Positions 6,014 to 12,265 of a stretch of DNA of 12,434 nucleotides are shown in pieces. The notes beneath the pieces are model-generated. The model searched no databases, was not told the origin of the DNA, and was given only the letters and a program-made list of their open reading frames with translations. The translations under genes were made by a program, and so were the position numbers. Source of the DNA: a virus (taxonomy: Duplodnaviria; Heunggongvirae; Uroviricota; Caudoviricetes); the IMG/VR virus record IMGVR_UViG_3300023203_000736, one strand, 5' to 3'. Positions within the stretch are counted from its first letter, which is position 1, and every line of letters begins with the position of its first letter.

Positions 6014-6721
6014 TCAGACGGCGCACCTGAGACGCTTGACGCCCATGCGGATCAGCCTCACGACTGCCAGGGCGTCCTCAACAGCGGTGTGCGCAACCTT
6101 CGGGTCCATTCCTGCCCGCTCGTAGCACGTCTTGCTATCCGGCAGCTTTTCGTCAGTGACCTGCCAGTACAGGATGGCGGGATCGAGTGTACGATGATGC
6201 AGACGCACCACCTGCTCGAATCGCGGCAGCCTCTTGAGGAACTGCCGGTCGAAGGATGCGAAGTTTTTTCCAGCCGGCGTGATGCCGGTTTTCCCGTCCC
6301 AACCGCACGACTTGAGCCATTCGGCCAGGTCGTCGGCAACCTTGTCCTCGTCAAGGAACCAGGGCTGCCGCTCGCCCCATAGCTGCTTGAGCAATTCAGC
6401 GTTCATTGCCAGGGCATAGGCGTTGCCACGGTACTCGTCGTGGAGGACCAGCCGGCGATACGTCGGAAGCTCGTTCAGCGGCCGGGTCCAGTCCTCCCAG
6501 ACGGCCCCGATTTCGAGTATCTGGCAAGTAGCCGGGTCCAGACCCGTCGTCTCGATGTCAATGCTCACGTAGGGCATCCTCGGCGGCGTGGCCGGGAGCG
6601 ACGGATCACGGAGGGCTGTGCCCAGATGGCCGCTCCAGCCGCAGCCAGTGCAGTAGCCTTGTGAAGGATCACGCTGGTTGGCCTTGAGCAGTTCTTCGCA
6701 GTTGGGGCAGAGCTTCTTCAT
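6014..6721 (-). CDS. DEDDh 3'-5' exonuclease (DnaQ/oligoribonuclease-like) with N-terminal Zn ribbon (235 aa)
   Basis: Exo I SIDIETTGLD, Exo II NFASFDRQFL and Exo III HTAVEDA; N-terminal CPNC...CTGC; ATGA overlap. Confidence 0.9.
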   Translation of the reverse strand: MKKLCPNCEELLKANQRDPSQGYCTGCGWSGHLGTALRDPSLPATPPRMPYVSIDIETTGLDPATCQILEIGAVWEDWTRPLNELPTYRRLVLHDEYRGNAYALAMNAELLKQLWGERQPWFLDEDKVADDLAEWLKSCGWDGKTGITPAGKNFASFDRQFLKRLPRFEQVVRLHHRTLDPAILYWQVTDEKLPDSKTCYERAGMDPKVAHTAVEDALAVVRLIRMGVKRLRCAV

Positions 6722-6960
6722 CGAACGTCAATCAATCGGTTCAAGGTTTGGCTTCGTTGAGCCAGGTGTTTGAGCGCCACAGTCAAGATTCGGTTAGTGT
6801 CCTGGCGATGCCCACTGATACGGAGTGGTCGTGGCAGATCAGGATGAGAGACTCGCAACTCCCCTGTGCGGCGAATCGGCTTGACATCGCAGCCAAGTGC
6901 CTTGGCGACTCCCATCGCAGCACGTCGGTTCATTCCCGGCACTACCGTCACTTGTCTCAT
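6718..6960 (-). CDS. Small basic HicA-like-fold protein lacking the usual catalytic His (80 aa)
   Basis: LGCDVKPIRRTGELRVSHPDLPRPLRISGHRQD...L..L resembles HicA spacing (G....R..GSH..F.HP.....V.VP.H..D) with GEL in place of GSH. Confidence 0.55.
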   Translation of the reverse strand: MRQVTVVPGMNRRAAMGVAKALGCDVKPIRRTGELRVSHPDLPRPLRISGHRQDTNRILTVALKHLAQRSQTLNRLIDVR

Positions 6961-6969
6961 TTTCCACTG

Positions 6970-6989
6970 AGAGCTAGACTCCTAGCTCT
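6970..6989. other. Perfect 8-bp inverted repeat AGAGCTAG-ACTC-CTAGCTCT covering a stop codon
   Basis: Seen directly. It spans the TAG at 6982-6984, with no U-tract on either side. Confidence 0.6.
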
Positions 6990-7689
6990 TCGATTGCCTC
7001 GACTTCTTTTTTGCGCTAGGCTTGGATCGCCTTGCAGGCTTGGATCGCGTCGATGTACGCCGCGCGGCGCGCTTCTTTAGTGCCTTCGCCGGTTCCTCCA
7101 CAGGCGTCACAAGAGTGTCTTTCTTCGCGCTCGCTGAACAAGTCACAGGGATCGTAGACGAGTCCTTTTCCCCGGCAGGCGAGGCAGGGGCAGGTACAGC
7201 CAGTCTCGGCTCCGTTGGCTCAGCAGAACAGTCCGAATGCGTTGTAAGGTTGTCGGGAGTTGGTTCGCATTCGTCTTGGTACTTTGCTGTTCGTGGTCGA
7301 GTCAGAATCTCCAGCACCTTGCGAGGCAGCTTCTTCCTTGCCCAAACGGGGATGCCCATTGGCAGCTTCCCGAAGATTTCGAGCAGGCCCCGGAGTCCGG
7401 TTGCCTCGCAGGCTTTGGTCCAGAGGCGCTTGTGGCGTTCGCAATCCTCTTGGGCAGCTTTGAGCGTCTTGTAAAGGCGGGGTTTCGTCACGAAGTCCCA
7501 CATCTCGAATGATTTGCCTTCCTCGCCGCCGTAGTTCGGGATGATCGTGCGGACGCACGCCTGGAAACGAGCCGGCACTTGCACTCCCCAGACTTCACGC
7601 CTCCAAGTAACTCTGTAGCCTTCCGAGGAGAGCCAATACCTGCGAATCTTCTGGCTCTCGCCCCGTTTCTTCTTGCGATTGAAGTCCAT
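6982..7689 (-). CDS. Hypothetical protein with Pro/Ala/Thr linker and Lys/Arg-rich C-terminal tail (235 aa)
   Basis: TGATG overlap with the upstream gene; globular-looking N-terminal half; tail AKALKKRAARRTSTRSKPARRSKPSAKKKSRQSKS. Confidence 0.8.
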   Translation of the reverse strand: MDFNRKKKRGESQKIRRYWLSSEGYRVTWRREVWGVQVPARFQACVRTIIPNYGGEEGKSFEMWDFVTKPRLYKTLKAAQEDCERHKRLWTKACEATGLRGLLEIFGKLPMGIPVWARKKLPRKVLEILTRPRTAKYQDECEPTPDNLTTHSDCSAEPTEPRLAVPAPASPAGEKDSSTIPVTCSASAKKDTLVTPVEEPAKALKKRAARRTSTRSKPARRSKPSAKKKSRQSKS

Positions 7690-7880
7690 CAGCCTCTTCC
7701 GCGATTCTTTCGTGGATGCCCATCACGGTAGTTGTCAAAGACCGCCGGAGCTTTTAACAACACCCGGCGGACTTTGCGCCTGCCACACTTCCGGCAGCGT
7801 GTCGGTCGGCTGGCGTTCATCTTCTGGAATGCCTCAGTCCGATCGCCGCACGCACTGCACTCCAGGTCATACCAGGGCAT
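7689..7880 (-). CDS. FmdB-family (CxxC...CxxC) Zn-ribbon protein (63 aa; start re-called at MPWYDLEC)
   Basis: MPWYDLECSACG...E......CRKCG..KVRRVL fits the MPxYEYxCxxCG...CPxCG family signature; the ATG is 2 nt after the upstream TAA. Confidence 0.85.
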   Translation of the reverse strand: MPWYDLECSACGDRTEAFQKMNASRPTRCRKCGRRKVRRVLLKAPAVFDNYRDGHPRKNRGRG

Positions 7881-7882
7881 GG

Positions 7883-8827
7883 TTAGACGCCGCAGCACAC
7901 CCTTGGGTGGCTGTTCATGCGGCTGGTTGTGCAGCCGAGCGTGTTGAGCTTCGGAGCGTCCATCGCTTTGGCGCGATTGCTCAGCTTTTTCTCCAGCATC
8001 CGCTTCAACTGGCGGCTTGCCGTCTCGGCCAGATCGCACTCGATCGGCTCGTAGTCGTCGGTGTCCATGTCATCGAGGCGTTCGATGAACTCCTGCACGA
8101 ACTCGTCGTCATCGTAGGAATCGACGATGCTGATCTGCTTGTCATCGAGGGCGAGCGGGAGGCGAACGACCTCAAGGCCGGCTTTGCAGCACGTCGTCCT
8201 TATTCCATAGAGGGAGTCTGGCGTCTGCTGAACGACGATGTACTCGCCGCTCTCGCCGTCGCCCTCATCGCACTCCAGCGGAATCTCGATGAACGCGAGC
8301 TTGCCGACGTAGCTGGGATTCGCGCCGACCATCTCCTTCGGAAGCATCGAGTCCTGAATGTCGCCGACAACGGCTAGGTCGCCGGCAAAGAGTTCGTCAA
8401 ATACCCGGTCCAAGGCGGAACGGGTTTCCTTGCTCGGCGTTGGCCGACTCACGGCCGTCGGCTGGTCGCCATCAAGCGATTCCAAGCGGGCTAGATTCCG
8501 CTCGACGCCACGGCGCGTACCGCTGAGCGCACTGGGAGGGAACAGGAAGGAGAACATGGCGCGTCCTTCTTCCAGTCCACGAATCACGGACTCGCAACGA
8601 TCCTTTACGCGCCGGATCAACGCCGCATCCTCGCGGCTGTCGTAGACCACTCCCACAAGGCCCGGACCCGAGAGCGGGATCGGAGGAAAGACCATCCCTT
8701 CGGTGCCAGGACGGGTCGGCACGATCTCGATATGATCGCAGTAATGCGCCGTGCAGATGTAGTCGCTGCAACGGCCGCCCTCGCCGGTGGGCGAGATCGT
8801 CAGAATCTTTCCTCGAAGGTTGGTCAC
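7883..8827 (-). CDS. Hypothetical protein with a strongly acidic C-terminal segment (314 aa)
   Basis: SD AGGAG before the GTG; long ORF filling the gap; no family recognised. Confidence 0.8.
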   Translation of the reverse strand: MTNLRGKILTISPTGEGGRCSDYICTAHYCDHIEIVPTRPGTEGMVFPPIPLSGPGLVGVVYDSREDAALIRRVKDRCESVIRGLEEGRAMFSFLFPPSALSGTRRGVERNLARLESLDGDQPTAVSRPTPSKETRSALDRVFDELFAGDLAVVGDIQDSMLPKEMVGANPSYVGKLAFIEIPLECDEGDGESGEYIVVQQTPDSLYGIRTTCCKAGLEVVRLPLALDDKQISIVDSYDDDEFVQEFIERLDDMDTDDYEPIECDLAETASRQLKRMLEKKLSNRAKAMDAPKLNTLGCTTSRMNSHPRVCCGV

Positions 8828-8845
8828 GGTCGATCTCCTGTTGGG

Positions 8846-9022
8846 TTAGTAGCCCCGCCCTCGATTGCGGCGAGGATGCAGCGGGCTGTAGGTGTTACGG
8901 ATCACCGGCGGCCGGCGAAGGGCCAGAAGCTCGGCCATCTTGTGCGATGCGCCGTTCTTGCGGCACAACTCGTAGTGAGCCTGAACCTTCTCGTCATCGC
9001 TGATCTTGGGATACTTGGACAT
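8846..9022 (-). CDS. 58-aa small protein ending in HPRRNRGRGY
   Basis: Not in the ORF track. Sequence MSKYPKISDDEKVQAHYELCRKNGASHKMAELLALRRPPVIRNTYSPLHPRRNRGRGY. It fills the 8828-9044 gap and shares a tail motif with the 7689..7880 protein. Confidence 0.75.
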   Translation of the reverse strand: MSKYPKISDDEKVQAHYELCRKNGASHKMAELLALRRPPVIRNTYSPLHPRRNRGRGY

Positions 9023-9044
9023 TGGAGAACTCTTTTACCGCCGG

Positions 9045-9287
9045 CTACGCGACAGTCTCGTACTGGACACCGAGGGGAACGATCACGACCGCCATATCGA
9101 GGTTGTGAACATTCACTCGGCGACCATCCTTGTTGAAGCCCGACACGTAGGCACCCTTGCTCACAGTCCCAGGGACCACCTGCTGGACCTTCATTGTCGC
9201 CTGCCACATGCGAGAGCCACGGCGCACGGGATAAAGGATGGAGCACCCGGCCTTGATCTCACGGCCCACACAATCTGTCGCTGTCAC
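9045..9287 (-). CDS. Small beta-rich (SH3/KOW-like) hypothetical protein (80 aa)
   Basis: SD AAGGAG, GTG start overlapping the upstream TGA; D..G.EI..G..I.YP.R.GS pattern. Confidence 0.75.
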   Translation of the reverse strand: MTATDCVGREIKAGCSILYPVRRGSRMWQATMKVQQVVPGTVSKGAYVSGFNKDGRRVNVHNLDMAVVIVPLGVQYETVA

Positions 9288-9586
9288 TTCGTCTCTCCTT
9301 TGGATGACGTAGGTAAATTGGATTTCCGTTCACATTTTCCCAGACCATTACGGCTTCCCAGGATGTTGTGGAGCGCGCGTGCCAGTAAATCCCATGCAAG
9401 CAGTCTTTTGCGCGGGAACCCTTCAACTACACCTGACTTCCAGGGGCGGCCGAGGGCATCTTTGAGTTCCACCCGGTAGTTGCCTTGGGTGCTTGTTCCT
9501 GCGCCGGTGTTGACAATCTTGCCGGTCGCAATGTTCTTAACCTCGCCGGTAACGGCCGAATGCAGTTCGATCTTCACGACGAGCAC
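9284..9586 (-). CDS. Conserved-looking phage hypothetical protein (100 aa; start re-called at GTG, MLVVKIELHSA)
   Basis: SD GAGG; short overlap with the end of the upstream MTase. MLVVKIELHSAVTG...GNY.V...VEGFPRK...W.L..RAL is a pattern I recall from phage genomes. Confidence 0.75.
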   Translation of the reverse strand: MLVVKIELHSAVTGEVKNIATGKIVNTGAGTSTQGNYRVELKDALGRPWKSGVVEGFPRKRLLAWDLLARALHNILGSRNGLGKCERKSNLPTSSKGETK

Positions 9587-10320
9587 GACCAGCCCTCTTT
9601 GTTTGGTTTGAGTCCGTTCTCTTCTGCGATCTTTTCGCAGTAGCCCCGGTCGATTTCGATGAGTGTGCATGGGTTGCCGGCCTGCCTGCACACTCGGAGC
9701 GTGGTGCCGGTGCCGCCGAACGGGTCCAGGACCGGCTCGCCAGACGGTGTGGTCAACCTGATGCACCGCTCGACCAAGCCCTCGTTGAGTTGCGTCGGGT
9801 GCCAAGGACGGCGCTGCTTGGAGTTGCCGACGACTCGCGTGAAATCGAACACGTCGCCGGGCACCCGGCCGCGCGGATCGGCACGCTTGTCGCCATTCTC
9901 CTGCCGCCAACTCTGCACGCGGATGGCGTCAGGGAGCAGCGGGGCATCATGCCAACGAAGTCTGAGCAGGGGACGATGATTATTGCCCAGATCGCGGTGG
10001 TTGTGCTGCCCGAACGTGAACACCTGGACGCAGGGCTTTGCTTCCACGTCGCCGCAATAACGACCAAGGACTTGTTTGACGGCTGCCCCGATCTCAAACG
10101 TCCATTTCGAGTTGTAGGAGAACCAGACCGTCTTGGCCTTTCGGATGAGCACGTTCAGCCACTCGTGGAGCAAGCGAACATACTCTTCGTCTGGCTGACG
10201 ATCCTTGTAGGTGTCGTAGCCCAAACCGATATTATCAGGAGGGTCGGCGATGCAGGTGCTCCACTGCTCCTCGGTAGCCTTGAGGTATTCGAGGCAGTCG
10301 GCGTTTATCAATCGGTGCAT
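9574..10320 (-). CDS. DNA amino-methyltransferase (N6-A/N4-C, beta class), motif IV variant DPPD (248 aa)
   Basis: LINADCLEYL, IADPPDNIG (motif IV), HPTQLNEGLVERCI, VLDPFGGTGTT (motif I) and IEID..YC, in beta-class order. Confidence 0.9.
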   Translation of the reverse strand: MHRLINADCLEYLKATEEQWSTCIADPPDNIGLGYDTYKDRQPDEEYVRLLHEWLNVLIRKAKTVWFSYNSKWTFEIGAAVKQVLGRYCGDVEAKPCVQVFTFGQHNHRDLGNNHRPLLRLRWHDAPLLPDAIRVQSWRQENGDKRADPRGRVPGDVFDFTRVVGNSKQRRPWHPTQLNEGLVERCIRLTTPSGEPVLDPFGGTGTTLRVCRQAGNPCTLIEIDRGYCEKIAEENGLKPNKEGWSCSS

Positions 10321-10571
10321 GGATCAACGGCCTCCTCCATATCCCAGCCCTCGTATTCGCAGTCGCGGCGAGACTCCAGGATGTGCCGAATGGAGCGGGC
10401 ATCGCCTTCCCTTGCCTTCGCCAACGTCAGGCTGCGAACCTCGTCCTCGACGTAGCAGCCCAATTCATCGAATAGACTGAACAGATGCCGCATGGCCGCA
10501 TTCAGCCGTTCGGGCGTGTCGGCCAGCAGGTACTCGTCGCCGTGCTTGCCATGATGGATCAGGATTTGCAT
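10308..10571 (-). CDS. Hypothetical protein (87 aa; start re-called at MQILIHH)
   Basis: SD GGAG, ATG 1 nt after the upstream TGA; C-terminal ILESRRDCEYEGW. Confidence 0.7.
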   Translation of the reverse strand: MQILIHHGKHGDEYLLADTPERLNAAMRHLFSLFDELGCYVEDEVRSLTLAKAREGDARSIRHILESRRDCEYEGWDMEEAVDPCTD

Positions 10572-10572
10572 G

Positions 10573-11376
10573 TCATGCTCCAAGGGCGAAGTGAGACAAC
10601 CACTCCTCGTTGGCCGAGGCACGGTTGCCGGAGATGCCGCCACGTGTGCGGCTCTTGCTATCAGCCAAGCGAACAGCTTCCCCGCTCAGCGGCTTGGCTT
10701 CGGATACCCAGCAATCACGCTGGGAGGCGTAAGCGACCACATCGAAGTCGTCACCATAGCCAGTCATGCCTGCGTATGGTGGGTCAAGGTAGACCGCACC
10801 CTTGCCTGGATCGAAGTCTCGGACATCGCAGTGACGGCCATGTATGCCACGCATCCGCTCGCAGATCGCCACGACACGCTCGTAAAGCGTGTCGGGCATC
10901 GGCATCATGGGATTGACGACGGACTTGCGCTTGGCAATTCCGTTGGGCTGCCAGAAACTCCGAAACGTTGTGTTCTGCCAACGATCATCCTTGATCCAGA
11001 TGGCCTTGCCTCCGAACGCGCAAGCCTGCAAGATCAGATACACGTAGGGCGTGTCGATATGGGCTGGCCGCCGGGAAAGCTCCTTGGCGTGGTCCCGGAT
11101 GAAGGGGCGATTGGGAATTTCATTGAGGAGACGACGGAAGCGGGACGGATCGAAGCTGCCCTCGCCTACCGCCTGCCAGAAAATGCCCCACGGCCCGGAA
11201 TCGACCATGTGGAGCAGCTTCGGATTGAACCCACGATTCACCAGTTCGATGGAGACCGTGCCGCTGCCGCAGCACAAGTCATAGAACGGCTCATCGAATC
11301 GTGGCTGGATACGATCCAGGATGGCGGCTGCATATCGGTGCTTTGCGCCCTGGTAAGTCACAGGGGCGGTAATCAT
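10573..11376 (-). CDS. Dam-like (D12-class, alpha-order) DNA adenine methyltransferase (267 aa)
   Basis: PVTYQGAK (motif X), FYDLCCGSGTVS (motif I) and VYLDPPYAG (motif IV); ATGA overlap. Confidence 0.88.
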   Translation of the reverse strand: MITAPVTYQGAKHRYAAAILDRIQPRFDEPFYDLCCGSGTVSIELVNRGFNPKLLHMVDSGPWGIFWQAVGEGSFDPSRFRRLLNEIPNRPFIRDHAKELSRRPAHIDTPYVYLILQACAFGGKAIWIKDDRWQNTTFRSFWQPNGIAKRKSVVNPMMPMPDTLYERVVAICERMRGIHGRHCDVRDFDPGKGAVYLDPPYAGMTGYGDDFDVVAYASQRDCWVSEAKPLSGEAVRLADSKSRTRGGISGNRASANEEWLSHFALGA

Positions 11377-11786
11377 CGGCCGGTGCTGGAGAAGCCACCC
11401 TCCCCTCGTTTCGTGTCGGTCAACTCCTGGACCTCTTCGACTGCTTCCTGCATGACTTGCTGGATGACGAATTGTGCTACGCGATCATGGCGATTGACGG
11501 TGTAGGCTTCGGCTGTCGAATTGAACAGCATTACCCACCATTCACCTCGGTAGTCCTCGTCGATGACGCCCCCGAAGACGGTCAAGCCCTTCTTGCCCAT
11601 ACCGCTGCGGTCCCAGACCAGGGCGGCGTGCCCCGGTGGTAACTCGGTGGCAATGCCGATGGGCACCATCGTCACCTTGCCTGGTGGGCAGTCGGTCGTC
11701 TCGGCGGCGAAAAGATCGTAGCCGGCCGAGTGAAACGACCGGGTGGGCAGCTTGGCGTCGGGACTCAGTAACTTGACTCTAATCAT
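11373..11786 (-). CDS. dut: Trimeric dUTP diphosphatase (137 aa; start re-called at MIRVKLL)
   Basis: All five motifs: AGYDL, DRSG, GGVIDEDYRGE, DRVAQ and RGEGGFSSTG; ATGA overlaps at both ends. Confidence 0.96.
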   Translation of the reverse strand: MIRVKLLSPDAKLPTRSFHSAGYDLFAAETTDCPPGKVTMVPIGIATELPPGHAALVWDRSGMGKKGLTVFGGVIDEDYRGEWWVMLFNSTAEAYTVNRHDRVAQFVIQQVMQEAVEEVQELTDTKRGEGGFSSTGR

Positions 11787-12265
11787 GGATACCAAACCTC
11801 TCCATTGATGAGGGCGGTGCATTCGCCGATCGGCCCGTCGTATTGGAGCGTCTCGACGCCGGCCTCACGGAACATCTCGTTGCCGTAGGCGATGGTTTCT
11901 CGCCAGTGTTCCGGCGTGCGATCGAACATCTGCTTGTGTCCGATTACTCGGACGATACCCGCCTGGATGATCGCGCGGGCGCAATCGGCGCACGCATACC
12001 ACGGGCAATAGAGCGTCGCGCCTTCCGTAACCTCGCCCTTGCGGGCCGCAGAGAAGATGACGTTCCGTTCCGCGTGCTCGATGAAGGCGTATTTCTTCGG
12101 CCGCTCCAAACGCGGAACAACGCCGCTCGGGAAACCGTTGGCTGCGCTGGCGATTGGTCGGCCTTCTCGGTTGACCAAAACCGCTCCGTTCTTCGTGCTC
12201 GGATCGTCCGAGTAGAACTGCGCGACACGATAGGCTTTTTGCAGCATCTCTTGGGCGTACTTCAT
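11783..12265 (-). CDS. dCMP deaminase family protein (160 aa; start re-called at MKYAQEML)
   Basis: S.DPSTKNGAVLV, NGFPSG, HAERN (Zn His + catalytic Glu) and CPWYACADC..AIIQAGI; SD GGAG and ATGA overlap. Confidence 0.93.
   Translation of the reverse strand: MKYAQEMLQKAYRVAQFYSDDPSTKNGAVLVNREGRPIASAANGFPSGVVPRLERPKKYAFIEHAERNVIFSAARKGEVTEGATLYCPWYACADCARAIIQAGIVRVIGHKQMFDRTPEHWRETIAYGNEMFREAGVETLQYDGPIGECTALINGEVWYP

Noticed and set aside
7019-7048. Repeated GCTTGGATCGC
   Set aside because: Explained by the RSKP repeats of the basic protein tail.
3019-9520. TTGACA hexamers (e.g. near 3020, 6005, 6881, 9511 on + and 3339, 7734 on -)
   Set aside because: I found no convincing -10 element at 16-18 bp spacing, and most lie inside coding regions.
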